A stretch of 64,000 nt of DNA from NCBI RefSeq assembly GCF_009914755.1, contig NC_060934.1. One strand, 5' to 3'. The position numbers and the translations under genes were made by a program. Origin of the DNA: the human T2T-CHM13v2.0 reference genome, Homo sapiens. The notes under the pieces were generated by a model. It did not search any database. It was not told the origin of the DNA and saw only the letters and a program-made list of their open reading frames with translations. Of the stretch, positions 13,976 through 27,805 are shown piece after piece. Within the stretch, counting starts at the first letter, position 1; every line of letters begins with the position of its first letter.

Positions 13976-14668
13976 TGCCTCCTGGAAAGCCTACTGTGTG
14001 TCAGGTCAGTAGCTGGGGTCAGGTCTTTCAGACCAGAAGAGCCAGGCGGAGGAGGGAAGTAAAGGAAAAGACCACCACCTGCTGTGAACCCGGCTCCAGG
14101 AGGGCCATTTCCCATGCCTTATTTCATCTTCCCATCCACTCTTTGGTTTCAGATATGGAATCTGAGGCTGAGAGAGGGCTGGTGCCGCACAGCTGGGAAG
14201 GACCCTGCTGGGATGGAACCCCAGGTGTTTCCCTCCCCAGCGAAGCCTCTACACTACTTTGCAGGGAAGTTGAATGACAGAAAAGGAGAGATACATTATG
14301 TTTGCTTCCCTTTTTGTAAACTTTGTTTAGGGAATGGGAGTTGATTCTGTGTTCATTGTGGTAGGCACACACTCTGTGCCGAAAAGGTGTGCCTTTTGAG
14401 ATAAGGACATCATAGAAAAGTTAGAAAATACCTAAAAGTTTAAAGAGAAAGAAATTGCCTACAGTCTTATTGCCTAAAGACAAGTCCCTAACAGCTGCGT
14501 ATGTTTCTGCCCAGCTGTTTGTCTGCAGGTCTTTTTCACCTTTAAAATCATCCTCTATCAGTCCCCTTTTGGGGGGTAAGGACTTTTCCCCTTAGGATGT
14601 TCAACTACTGGTATTCTTTTTTTTTCTTGAGGACTTCTTTCCACTTACAGGCAGGACATCTGGGCATG

Positions 14669-15076
14669 TGTGGTAGTCCATTTTTATGTTGCTATAAGGA
14701 AATATCTGGGGCTGGGCAATTTATAAAGAAGAATTTTAGTTGGCTCATGATTCTGCAGGCTGTACCAGCATGGCTCCAGCACCTGCTTCTGGTGAGAGCC
14801 TCAGGAAGTTTGCAATCATGGTGGGAAGGAAGAGGAGCTGGCATGCCACATGGTGACATTGGGAGCAAAAGAGATGGGGGAGGTGCCACACACTTTAAGC
14901 AACTAGATTTTGTGTGAACTGAGTGAGAACTCACTTACCACCAAGGAGATCGTGCTAAACCATTCATGAGGGATCTGCCCCCATGATCCAATCACCTCCC
15001 ACCATTCCCCGCCTCTAACACTGGACATCACATTTCAACATGAGATTTGGAGGGGATAAACATCCAAACTCTATCA
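14669..15076. mobile_element. MSTB-like MaLR solo LTR
   Basis: TG...CA termini (tgtggtagtcc...catccaaactctatca) with a perfect 5-bp TSD GCATG at 14664-14668 and 15077-15081. Confidence 0.88.
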
Positions 15077-16124
15077 GCATGTCAAAGACAGGCCATAGCA
15101 GAGCCAGGGGCTACAAGCAAACCCTCCTGTGGTTCCAGAATGTCACCCCCAGCACTGATCCTGCGGGCTCCCCTCCTGAGCCACTGGGGCTTCCATGCAT
15201 GCTTCAAAGTGACAATGGTGATCATGAGAATCACGGCCGCAGATGCAAACACTAATATGGCCCTTGTGGCATGCTCGGGACCATCCTAGGTGCCTTATGT
15301 ATATTGCTTTCTCAGAGCAGCCCTACAAGATGGTTGTGGTTATAATCCTGAAGCACAATGATGTTAAGTAAGTGTCCCAAGATTACATGATCTGAGAGTG
15401 GTGGAGCCAGCATTTGAACTCAGGAACTCTCTGGCTCTAGGGTCTCTGCATTTACCCACCACATTGCTTCTCCACTGAGAAAGACTTTTGCTGTAAATGC
15501 ACTGGGCTCAGCAAGACCTCAGTAGCCTTTCACCCAGCATCTTCCAGGGTGTGGGGCCTGCAGAGGTCATGACCTTGGGAACTGTGGCCGAGTGGTCATC
15601 CCAGATAACTCTCTCCAGCTGGCAGAGGCTCTCTGCTTCCTGGTGTTTCTTTGAACCTTTGGCTTGTTGTGGCAGCGCTGATGGTGCTGGTATGGGGTGC
15701 CGTGCAGATGTACGTGGCAGAGCGTGCCAGTTGTGGACAAGTCTGGCAGCTTTCAGCCCCATCCTCCAAGAGCTCCTTCTTCCTGCCTGTCCCCAAGGCT
15801 GCAGCTCGGTCTGAATCAGCTTTCAGACTTTTTTTGGCTTGGGCCGAAGACTTGGCAGCCCCAGCCTCCAGCAGAGCTCCTGTGGCTTGGGGCTTCCACA
15901 TCAGGTTTGAATTAGATGAAATCTCAGCGTCGGCAGGCTTTCATCCCAGCCTCGCTGACTCCCGCTTCCGTGGTAGCAGGCAGTCTGTGTGCCACATGCG
16001 TGTCGTCTCTGCATGAGTGTTTGCTGGAGCGTTTGTCGTCTGTGTGAGTCGTCCCTTTGTGTGTCCTCTCCGTGCTTGTGTATTATCTCTTTGCATGTTT
16101 CTCGTCTCCATGCATGCATATTAT

Positions 16125-17045
16125 CTTTTTAATTAATAGCTTTATTGAGATATAATTCACATACCACGCAATTCGCCCATTTAAAATATGCAATTCAGTG
16201 GTTTTAAAAATTATATTCACAGAGATCTGCAATCACCACTGCTGTCAACTGTAGACCATTTTCATCACCTAAAAAAGAGACTATGTGGCCTTTAGCTATT
16301 CACCCCCGATCCAACATTACCCCAGCCCTTGGCAGTGACGAATCTACTTTCTATCTCTGTGGATTTGCCTATTCTATTTGTTTGAAGACACTTCATACAA
16401 ACAGAATCATGTAATATGTGACCTTTTGCATCTGGCTTCTTTCACTTGGCATATTTTCAAGATTCATCCATCATGTAGCATTTACCAGTACTTCATTCCT
16501 TTCTACGGCAAAATAATATTTCATTGTATGGCTATATATATATAGTTTGTTTGTCCATTTATCCATTGATGGGCATTTGGCTTGTTTCCATCTTTTGAGT
16601 ACTAGGAATAATGCTATGAACAACTTTTCTTTGCGTGGACATATGTTTTCTTTCTCTTGGGTGCTTACACTTTGGAAGGGGAATTGCTGGATCATGTGGT
16701 AATGCTGTTAATCATTGGAGGAGTATTGCCAGACCGTTTTCAAAGTGGCTGCGCTGTTTTACATTCCCACCAATGTATGAGGGTTCCAGTTTCTCCACAT
16801 CCTTGCCAACCAACACTGGTTATCTGACTTTCTGATTCAAGCCATCCTATTTCTTTGTGGTTTGGATTTGCATTTCCCTGATGACTGATGATATTGAACA
16901 TCTTTTCATGTGCTTACTGCTATTTGTAGATCTTTCTTGGAGAAACGTCTGTTCAGATCCCTTTCCCACTTTAAAACTGGGTTGTCTTTTAATGATTGTG
17001 TTGTAAGAGTTCTTTATATATTCCAGATACAAGTCCCTTATCAGG
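16125..17045 (-). mobile_element. L1M (L1MB-like) 3' fragment
   Basis: tttattgagatataattcacatacca...; the - strand translation KHMKRCSISSVIREMQIQTT matches the L1 ORF2 C-terminus. Confidence 0.85.
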
Positions 17046-17379
17046 AGAGGAGAGGCCGGTCTCTCATGTCTTTTTGCACCCCCACCTTACCCCCATCAAG
17101 CTTAGCAAGCTGTATGTGATTCATAAAGACTTAAGGACATGTTAAGGGAGGAAGAGATCTGGGTCACTTTGAAGAGTCCCTGCAGGAGCCATGGTTCCAG
17201 GGTGTGGGGGTGTGAGGGGTGGGGCTGCCTCTCTTACCTGCCGTGAATCAGAGACAACAGCCCCGGATGGCCCATTAGAGGTTCTGGCCCCTGCAGGTTA
17301 TGTAGGGTGTTGCTTTCAGCTGAACTGACTGATGGAACCACCAGGGTTGGGGGACTTGAAAAGACCTAGATCACTGAGC

Positions 17380-18480
17380 CTGTCCCTCCTCCTTGATTTT
17401 GGGGTAGAGCAACTGGGAAAAAGGCAGTGTCATTTACTGAGATGGGGAAGACAAGGGGAGGAGTGGGTCTGGAAGTCAAACCCAGAGTTCTGTTCCAAAG
17501 TTTGAGATGACCAGTGGAGATCCAGTCTCTATCAAGGAGGCTGTTGGATAATCACAAAGGAATTTCAGGAGGAGCCAGGGCTGGGGATATAAACTGGAAG
17601 TCATTTGCAGTCATGCAGTACCTAAAGCCATGGTCCTGGGGACATGCCAGGGAGAGCTGATGATGGGAGGAGCTGTGTGAGACCAGGACAAAGAAGTGAT
17701 TGCTGGCTATGGCCATGTTGTGGTCACAGGTAAGCAGTTTCCAGGAAGTGGTGGCTCTAGAAGGCCACTTGAGGTGGGTAGAGGAGAAGCCAGGGGGTAT
17801 GGAGGTGGTGAGTGTAGACAACGCTTTCTGCTGTGGAGGGAAGCAGTGACATGGGCAGTAGCTGGGCAGGGATGGGAGGTAGAGAGTTTCAAAGATGCGG
17901 GACACTCGAGTGTGCTTGGATGCAGATAGGAATGGTCTTGTAGAAAGGAGAGTGTGATGAAGCTGGAAAGGGGGTGCTAGCTGCAGGAGCTGAGTCCTTG
18001 AGGAGGTAACAGAGAGGTGATCCTGAGCACGGAGTAGGGGGACCACATCCAGCCACAGAAGAGGAGAAGGGGCCCAGCTGTGGGAGGACAGTGCGCAGCA
18101 GGGTGGTGGGAGCCTTGGAGTATGAGACTGGGCAGGGGGGCAGTGTTGGGGGTCTGAGCCATTTGGGAGAGCTGGGACACAGACCGTTAAGCTGTTAGTC
18201 TTAACAGGGAAGTGCAACAGAACCTCAGCTTCATGCTCATGTGAGGTGAGCTGCTGATTTCAAGTGAGAACAGTAGGCACCTGTGTGCACGCGTGGAGTA
18301 AGTGGATGGTTGGGCTGAACCAGGGTGGAGAAGCTTCCCTGGGACAGCAGGATAGAGGGAAAGTGGGTGAGAGAGTATGGGTGTTTGCAAGAGAATTATT
18401 GTGCAACTAGACCTAGATGTCCAGGGTGGTGAGAAGGGAAGCGAGGATGTAAGGATCACACCTTGGAGGTCCCGATGAAG
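17380..18480 (-). mobile_element. Degenerate L2 LINE fragment
   Basis: catttactgagatggggaagac, ctggggatataaactggaagtcat and similar L2 hallmarks; boundaries approximate. Confidence 0.6.
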
Positions 18481-20959
18481 TTTAATAATAACTGGAGCCA
18501 AGTGCTAGGGTTAGGTGAGCAGGGCAGTGGGGGAAGAGAAGGAGCCACCTGCGGTCGAGGTTTCTGGGTTGTAGCAGCCCATGTGGTCTAGCCAAGGAGC
18601 GTGGCTGGCAGTGGCTGGGAACAGTGCATGCAGATGCAGGTGGCCCTGTTGAGGGGAAGCAGCCACCCATTGAGGAATCTGGTGGAAGCCATTTCTGATC
18701 CTTGTGTGTATCACCCCAGCATCCAGTTGCTGGGTTTTCTTTTGTTTCCTACAGTGGAACAGTTTCAAGCTGGGTTTGATGGAAGCCTAGAACCTGAGAC
18801 AGCACAGCTGACCAAGGGGTGTCGGTGGAAATAAAGCCCTTGTGATAGAAATTCCAGAACAAGTTCAGACCCAAGAATGCACTCTCCTTGGGAGGTGATG
18901 GGGTGATTGGCTGAGAGGTGGCCTGCTCTGCTACTTTCTCCTCTGGGGAAGCCCCAGATAGGCCAGCCTTGGAAGGAGAAAGGAGAGGCAGTCTGGCCCA
19001 CTCCTCAGCTGGCTTCACTGAAGCTACTATCTTGAAATAGCCCTTCTGGGCATTTGGCAAACGTAGGCTGGTCCAAGCGGCAGCAGGCGAGGGGACTTAG
19101 GATCCCCCTTTCCCAGGGCCTGCAGCTGTCTCCTGAGAGCCAAGCCACTTGCAACTGTCTGGACCCCAGGCCAGGTCCTTGCTCATTGTCTCTGTACCTG
19201 CCCATGTCTGACATGTCTCCCAGTCCTTGGGGATCTCTTCTGTGCTCCTCTTGGAGAACTCTTTGTTGGCTCCAGGTACCCTTGCCTCCCAGTTTACATG
19301 CACATACATGCAATTTGAGAATAGATGTACTTTAATGTACACATGCACACATACGTACTCATTTCAAAACAATTTGGCCTCAATTACCTGCTATAATATC
19401 TGGGACCTCATCCTGATAGTAGACAGCTGTGGGTGACCCGCTGCACTTGCTCAGTTGTGGTTCACAGCGGGACACAAGGTGATTTCTAAGCCAGCACTCG
19501 CCTCCCTAGTTGCCACGTGACCATGTCTTCTTTGGGTGTCCTGGGCTTACACCCTGAGGGGCTTTCCCTGAGGGGAACCCATACTGGAAAACCTGTCAAC
19601 ATGGCCTGGAGACCTCTGGATGAAGAGGCAGCCGAATGTGTTACCTTTGCAACCAAAACGATGTCATGTTGGAGAATCCACAGTCCTTCCCATCTTCCAC
19701 CCTCACCATCATTCAGCCACACACCTCCCAGGGAAGGCACCTCAGAAGCAGCCACATTAAAGGGAGTTTAGCCCAGCTGAGAGTGGCCAGATTTGTGCAC
19801 TGGAGAATTTCCATTTGGGGAAATTGGACAAGGGCCTATGGGTATGTGGCTCAATTGGATGTAATCAATGATTCTTTGTTTTAGTTTTACTGTGTGAAGA
19901 ACCTATCTAGTACATATTTCCTATTTGTTTACTGTTTGTAAAAGAATAAGATATAGTTGGAAATTCAATATGGCTGATATTTATTTTCCATCCTACCAGA
20001 ATTTATTTCTCCTTTTTTCTTGATTTTTTTATACAGAAATTTGATTTGATTTTAGCACTTTAAAATTAGCCACCACTTTTCAGAAATATAAACATTCAAT
20101 AAATTGAGAGACGGGAGTACTTTAATGAGGAGGCAGAGAGCCAGAAAGTGCTCACTGCCAGCCAGTCTATGCTGTGTGGTGCCTGGTTTCCTGGCCACGG
20201 CAGAGATTCAAGGGAACTTGGGCCAAACCTCTCATTGTGCAGACAGGGAAACCAAGGTCTGAGGGGGAAGGAACTGGGCCCATCTTGCCTCCCGGTCTGG
20301 TGGCCAAGCCTGCCTTCCTGTCTTCTCTGTCTAGGAGGAGAGTCTCTGCGGCCCAGGCAGAGCCCAGACCTGGATGAGAGCTGCCTGTTGAGGCCTGGGT
20401 AGGATGCACGCAATGGGACAAGGACCATCTCTGGGGAGGTTCCGCCCTGATCCCTTGGGGGCTGATGGGATCCACAGTCGCATAGAAATTTAGAAACTTA
20501 TTCCTCAGATTACGTAGGACAGGGCTTGGGTCTGGCTTCTTTGTCCTAAACAGTTTACTGGGATGGGGAAAGACAGATCTTTTAACCCTTTCCTGGGGAG
20601 AGGCCTAAGAGTGTGGAGGCTGGACCCCGGACCCAGGGTCCTGCGGGTTCCCATTCTGCTGAGAACAGTGAGGGTGTGATGAGGATGGTCTCCGTAGGGG
20701 TAAGAATCCTGGGGAGTGGGAGGGACCATTTCTTTTATGGGCTGTGCCCTGCCCTCCCTTCTCATATCCTTGGTGAGAGGTGTGCTGGCCTCCATGGGAG
20801 GGTTTTGCCCAGAGGTGGAGAGTTGGAGAATGAGTGTCCTTGCTCAGCAAGGTCAGACCAGAGGCCCAGGGATTTGCAGGTGGTACTAGGAAAGCCATGT
20901 TTTCTTGCTCCAAGTGGCTCCTGACAGCAGAAGCAGGCCTGGGGGCTGAACCCAGGTAA

Positions 20960-21140
20960 TACAGTATTGTAGTTAAGAATGCTGGCACTTACTTGCTGGG
21001 TGACTTTGGGCCAGTTACTTAACCCTTCTGAACCTCTATTTCCTCATCTGTGCAATGGGTCTAACATTACTGCCTACCTTATAGGGCTATAAAGATGAAA
21101 TAAGATAATATATAAAAATATGAGCGGCAGGTACTGTTGT
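20960..21140. mobile_element. MIR SINE
   Basis: Core gtgactttgggccagttacttaacccttctgaacctctatttcctcatctgtgcaatggg. Similar MIR cores occur near 2200, 4150, 24720, 45720 and 50860. Confidence 0.75.
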
Positions 21141-24091
21141 TAATAACAATGATAAGAAAACTATTTATAAAGGATGGAAAGTAGGGAAGTGTGTTCATGC
21201 TGAATACAATGTTAGGAGTGTCCCTACACAGAATCTGTTACATCTTGAGGGAGGGAGCTCTCTGTCACTGGAGGCATCCAAGTAAAAGCTAGAGGTCTCC
21301 TAACTGGGGAGGTTGTCAAAGTATAATGCCTCAGACTGGGACGAGCACGATGATCTTGAAAGGTCTGTAGCCCATGATTGTGGGCCAGAAGGAGGGGGTG
21401 GGCTGGAAGGCAGTGGCTTCATTCTGGAAACTGTATCCCTCATATGAGACACTGAGCCCTGGAGGCCACGTGGAGTCACTAGGCTGTGGGGCAGGGAATG
21501 CTAGGTTTGAAGGATCCTCTTTGTGGAGCCATTTAACCAAGCCCCAGAATGGGGGAGGGCCTTGACCAGGTGCCTGGTGTGTGGGAGGGGCTGAACAGAG
21601 CCTTCCACTTCCTGGTCTGGAGAGTTCGCCCTCTGCTAGGCAGCTTGAGAGGCGTGATGGACCGAGACGGTGCAGGCCACTGCCCTGGACCAGCCAGGTT
21701 TGTGTGCCTGTAGCCTGGGTGGAGCAGTGGCCTCTGACTCATGCTGTCTCCTGCTTGCTTGTTCCAGGGGCAGGAACAGCCCCTCTGGGTATCAGACACG
21801 GGTGCAGAAAGCGGGATGGGATAAATCATGCAGGGCTTGGCTGAGAGTTCATCACAGGCCCTCACGGCAACAAAGCTGCGGTAGGCCTTGGAGGTGTGTC
21901 CCGGGCCTGGAGCCACCAGCTGGAAGACAGGCCTCCTGTGGGGAGTTCTGCAGGCGTACAGTGGCAGAGGCTCTTGGATTTGGCCACCACTTTTTGTCCA
22001 GGTTTGGGCTCAACCTCTGTCCCTGAGCCTGAATGTCCTGGTCCCCTCCCCACACTGTCCTTCCTGCATTTCCACCCTCACCTGGGGGTCCTTCCCCTCT
22101 ACCTGGTATGCTCTTTCCTTCCCGGGTTGGTTTCTTTTGCACCCTAACAATTTCTCCCTTCTGCCTGCTGTGGAAACCTGGGCTGACAGTCCCTGGGTGA
22201 CCTTGTGACTCTGCCTGGATGGGACTGTGAAGGGAGAATCTCCTTGTCTCTGGTGGCAGAGAGGAGATGTGTCTGCAAGGACAGGGGACATATAGCCTGT
22301 CTGGGAGGAGGGAGGATGAAGCTGGTGTAGGAGGAGCTGAGGGGAGTGGTGGCAAGAGTGTTGGGCCTCTCACTTCCAGTCTTAGCCCCTGCCTAGGTGT
22401 GTCCTGGGGCTAGTACCTTCCCCTTCAGGCCAGGGGGTTTGAGTTGAATTTCTAATCCTTGCAACCAGGAACCTGATGGATAGTCATCCTTCAGGACCCA
22501 CAGATGGCACCTCCTTTGGGACACGTGTCCACACTTCGTCATAGCACCGGGCAGGACGTTGGCAGCCCTCGGCTCTTGGGCCTATTTTTTCCATTTGTCC
22601 CTGCCCATAGGAGGCACACAGTAGGTATAAAGTCAAAGTGCTCTGCATGGATGCATGGATGCTCAGTATAAGGTTTGACGTTGACATTTTAACAAGCACA
22701 CCAGAACTTTTGCAGACAGTTGAGTGTTACCTGACAAAATGGTGACAGGGAAGCCTCAAATTTGTTCCAATAATGCCATTTGTCCCTGGGAACATTTCTT
22801 GGCCTCCTGATTGGGCCTGTTTATGAAGCACAGAAGGCAACCATCTTGGTTTGGCTCCAAAATGATGTTTTCTGTTTGATCCACAGAAACAGCTAGAAGG
22901 GGCAAAGAAAAGGTTGGCTGCTGCTGGAGGCTTAGTGATGGGTGTTCAGTCGGACTTGGAGGGGGCTCCTAAGATGCAGCCTCAGAACAGAAGGAGGTGG
23001 GAAAATGGGTGGAATGGAGTTGTGTTGTCACTGGAGTTCCAATTCAAATGGAGAAGGTCTAGTGAATTTATAAAAACACTTCCTTCATTCACTGCTTCGT
23101 GTTCACAGCTGCGCTCCCAGTCCTTGGTATGTAGTAGGCACTCAATAGATATTTGTCGAACGAGTGAAGGAATTCAACAAATATTTATTTGCTAAATAAT
23201 GCCTACTATTTTCCATCCACCACGGTAGGTGGGCTGCTCTTGGTACTTTGTAGGATGACATGGTGTGTGTGTGCGTGTGTGTGTATGTGCACGTGTGCAT
23301 ATGCAGACACACATACACGAACCCACATCTAGTTGTATGTTTCATTGGCCCCTGTGATGACCGCCTTCACTGGGGGATAATAACACATTTTCTGGACTTT
23401 GCCAACATATTTTTTTGTTTTTATTTCCAAGGCCAACACCTGATTTTTTTAAAGGGAATATTTGATGTAGGGAATCATTAGATTAAAAACATGCATTCCT
23501 GGCTCATTTATCGTGAATGAGCATTAGCTGCCCTCCTCCCCGGCCTCCAACCCCCATCCTGCCATGTGCACACCCACGTGCTTTCAACCTGAAATAACAG
23601 CGCTTCATATTGGAGTGGGGGACAAACACGCACCTTAGGGATAATGAGCCTTTGCCCCTAGGATCTTCCTGTCTGCCTCTAGGTAAAGCAAACCCCTGTG
23701 ATGTGCTTCGGGCTGGAGTGCAGTGCCTTGGTGTATGTGCATGTGCCTTATGGCAGTGGCTTTTGTGCCTCTGCTTTTTATAAGCAATGGAAGCTCTGAT
23801 GTAATGAAATTTTATGTAGAGCCCCATGGATAGACAACACTGTAAAAGTGGATCTACTTTGCTGAAAGGAGGGTGGGCCCCTTTGCTCAGCTTTCCTACC
23901 ACCTCCTCCCACTCCCCTGCCAGGGCCTCATAGAACATCCTGGAATCCCAGGGCTCCTCAAGGTCCTGGAGGAAGAGCCTGCAAGCATGTAGGGTCACAT
24001 ATGTGCATTCACAGATGCTCGCCTGTCGGCTGTACTGTGTGTTCATGCCTCTTATTTCTCTCTTTCCCGCTGCTTGCCGTCCCTGGTTCAG

Positions 24092-24248
24092 GCGGGCCTC
24101 ATCCGCACAGACAGCACCGACTTCTTCATTGAGCCTCTGGAGCGGGGCCAGCAGGAGAAGGAGGCCAGCGGGAGGACACATGTGGTGTACCGCCGGGAGG
24201 CCGTCCAGCAGGAGTGGGCAGAACCTGACGGGGACCTGCACAATGAAG
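24092..24248 (+). CDS. ADAMTS14: ADAMTS14 exon 3 (157 nt, phase 0-1), prodomain
   Basis: Acceptor ccctggttcag|GCG after a pyrimidine tract; donor GAAG|gtaggc; encodes AGLIRTDSTDFFIEPLERGQQEKEASGRTHVVYRREAVQQEWAEPDGDLHNE. Confidence 0.96.
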
Positions 24249-26106
24249 GTAGGCTGTAGGTAGGGGCCTGTGTGCTGCTTCTCTCCCTACCTCTGGAGTG
24301 TTTCCCGGTCACTTCTGTCCTTAAGCTGTCCATGTCTGGCCTCAGTCTTCTTATCTGTAAAATGGGACTGGGCCACATAGACCTGCTGTACTGGCAGAGA
24401 AACCCCATTGCGTTCTAGAAGCTGCTGTAATTGGCTGGAGCTAGGGGCCAGAGGAGTCACTTGTGTCCTGAACTGTGGTCCCTGGGACTCCAGAGGTCTC
24501 TGAGGAGCTCACCATTGCTTCTCAAGGCTATTTCTGAGGCAAGGCAGAAGGTAGAATGCCTGCAGTGAGTTCTTCCCCCCTAAAATTGACTCAACCCTTG
24601 GGAGCCACAGGAAGGGAGTTATTAGGGCACCTGCAGGGAGGCTGCCTGGTGTCTGGGCGTCATGGTCAGCTTTGTGTCCCGTAGACCATTTTACAACCCT
24701 ACCTTCAAGTCTGTCTACTGTGTGACCCTAGCAAGTTACCTAAGATTTCTGAGCCCTCATTTTCCTCATCAGTAAAGCAGAGATGATCCATGTCTACCTG
24801 TAAATGTTATATGTAATGGTGATGGTATCTGTGAAAATCCCAGTATAGGGCTTGGCATGTAGTAGGTGCTGGATAAATGGCAGCTCTCCTTACAGTATTA
24901 TTAAGGGTAACTGCTGACATGTTAGGGTGGGAACCCCCTGAGGGAAGGGGTGTCCCTGCGCCCAGGCGACCAGTGCAGGAGGCTACACACCAGAGGCACT
25001 CAAGACTTATGGTTGGGCGAATGAAACTGGATGTGACAAGTGCTGGTCCTAGGCCCGCTGGTCAACTTCACAGTGTCACAAAGCTCCTTTGGCCAAGAGG
25101 AGATGAGGAGGCCATGGGTGAAATCTGGTTATGACTGGACCGCATCCTTGTGCCAGCTCCCTATGGGACTGGGCCTGGTGTGAGAAATGCCTGGAAGCTA
25201 GTTGTCCTCACAGACAGTGCATCCGTTGAAGCTCCAGTTGCTCTCCAAGTATCACTCATAAGAGAAGCTGTGGCACCAGAGCCAGAGGGTTCTGCAGGCC
25301 TAAGGTGGGGAGGGCAGGGCTGGCGGGGCCTCTGAGCACTGGCGTGGATTTCAGGGCACCCTTCTCTCCACCAGGGTTGAGAAGAGGGCTGAGTCTCCCC
25401 TGGGCTCCATTTTTTAAAGGACGATTCTGAATCCAAAGACCATAAGGTCCCCTCTTTTAGGAAGAGACGTTGGGGAAGTCCAGCTCCAGAGCTGTGAGCC
25501 TGGAACCAGCTGCATCACCAGCCACCATGGTGGGCAGCTGGGAAGCTGAGACCACTGAGCACACGGAGCTGGAGTTCAGACCCAAAGAAATGTGGCTGCG
25601 ACTCTTGCCCCACACCAGGCTCCGGGGCTGGAACTCCAGTGAGGCCAGGCCCTGGTCCATCTACGGGCCTTCCTTAGAAAGACCAGGGGCAGGAGAAGAC
25701 TTTCTTGGAAACCTGTGACTTGTACTTTTAGTTGAAGGCCAGTCGTGGGGCTGAGCCCAGTGTGGGGAGAAGCATTTCTAGGCGTGCCTGTCTCCATTTC
25801 ACAGCTTGATTAAAGCCAGAGGCTTCAGCTCAGCTCTTTGGGTCTAGTTTTCAGCACACAGAGAGGTGCCTCAGAGGCCTGGCCAGGTGCTCAGAGCCTG
25901 CCTAGCAGCCGGCTAAAGGCTTTTGGGGAATCTTCCTCAGGCTGGGGACCTTCACATCTCCAGCTGTGGCTGAGGCTGTGGAGGGGATTCCAGCCCCCTG
26001 CTCCACTGTCAGGGAGTCTGAGGTGCACCAGTGAACCTGGAGTGGAGGGGACAATTCCTCTCGGCACTCAGTAAGGCCTCAGCTGCTGCTTCCTGAAAAG
26101 GGCATG

Positions 26107-26875
26107 TGTGGGCCCACACACTCACATCTACCCATGCACTCTCCCACACACTGACACCCACACTCACAAACACAGACCCATATACCCGCACTCACCCTTA
26201 CTGGCACACACCCATGCACCCACACTCACACGTGGACACATACCACCCATACACTCATGCTCACACACTGACACAAACACACGCTCACAAACACACACCC
26301 ATACACCCACACTCACACATAGACACACACCATCTATACCCTCATGCTCACACACTGATGCAAACACACGCTCACAAACACACACCCATACACCCACGAT
26401 CACACATAGACACACACCACCCATAGATTCATGCTTACACACTGACACAAACACACGCTCACAAACACACACCCCCTACACCCACACTCACACATAGACA
26501 CACACCACCCATACAGTCATGCTCACATACTGATGCAAACACATGCTTACACACATCCATACACCCACACTCACACATAGACACACACCATCTATACCCT
26601 CATGCTCACACACTGACGCAAACACACGCTTACAAGCACACACCCGTACACCCACACTCAAACACTGACAAACACATGCTTATACCCACCCGCACTCACA
26701 CACCTGCATACACACATACAGACCCCTCTATACACTCATACACTCTCACAACCCCACATCCACACACTGACACCCCCTACATACTCACACACCCCTTCAC
26801 ACACTCGCACACTCTCAAACACACTCATACACACACATGCTCATATACACATACTCTCATATATACACACATCCA
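26107..26875. repeat. CA-rich complex minisatellite with ~87-bp period
   Basis: cccatRcacccac recurs at 26211, 26298 and 26385; about 5 diverging units plus CA-rich flanks. Confidence 0.85.
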
Positions 26876-27224
26876 TGAATGAGCCCCAGAGAAGAGTTAG
26901 GTGATCCTTTCCCAAGGCTTTGGTGAGAAATTGAACCGTTCAGAGTCCAGGGGCAGGAATTCCCGGTGCTGGGCCACCAGGCTCAAGCTGGCCCTCACCC
27001 CGCGGCCCTGCCTTGGCCCCTGAGGCTGCGTCCTGGATGCTCTCCTGCTCCTAACGCTTCCCTCTCCTATTTAATCCATGGTCCTACTCTCTGGAGCCCC
27101 GTTCCCACCCCCAGTTCCCTCCTGAGGACACTAATGGGGTATGTGCTCCTGCAGCCCGAGCTCGGGCTCTCCGTGGGGCTGCCCATGCCAGGGCCGCCAG
27201 CCGGGCTGGGGCTCAGGGCGGCTG

Positions 27225-27805
27225 CTTTACAAGCAATTGAGATAAAATTCACCATTTTAACCATTTTGAGGCATATGATTTGGTGGGTTTTTAAAACTAT
27301 ATTCACAATGCTGTGCAACCATCACCTCCATCTAATTCCAGAAGATTCCCATCCGTTAGTTGTAGTCACTCCTGTTTCCCTGCCGTCCAACGCCCCCTGG
27401 CAACCACTAATCTACTTTCTATCTTTCTAAATAGGATTTGCCTATTCAGAACGTTTCATGGAATGAAATCATGTGGTATGTGCCTTTGGTGCCTGGCTTC
27501 TTTCACTCAGCATGTTTTCAAGGCTCATCCATGGGATCGCCTGTCTTGATGCTTCTCTTTATGATGGAGCACTAGTCCAGTGTATGGGCATGCCACATTT
27601 ATTCATTCATCTGGTGGACACTGGAGTTGTTTCTATCTTTTGGCTACTATGAAATGCTGCTGTGAACATTCATGTGCAAGATTTTATGTGAACATACGTT
27701 TTCAATTCTCTTGAGTACATACTTAGCAGTGGAATTACTGGGTCACATGGCACCTCTAGGTTTAACTTTCAACTGTATTTTCAAAGCAGCTGCACCATTT
27801 TACAT
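27225..27805 (-). mobile_element. L1M 3' fragment
   Basis: aattgagataaaattcacc...ggcaaccactaatctactttct...gcagctgcaccattttacatt. Confidence 0.75.

Noticed and set aside
23504-24408. 245-aa and 106-aa antisense ORFs over exon 3 (similar ones over exons 4, 6 and 10)
   Set aside because: Antisense shadows of GC-rich coding exons with no recognisable domain.
26106-26882. His/Thr-rich and Val/Cys-rich ORFs (also at 52517-53122)
   Set aside because: Artefacts of CA/TG-rich repeats.
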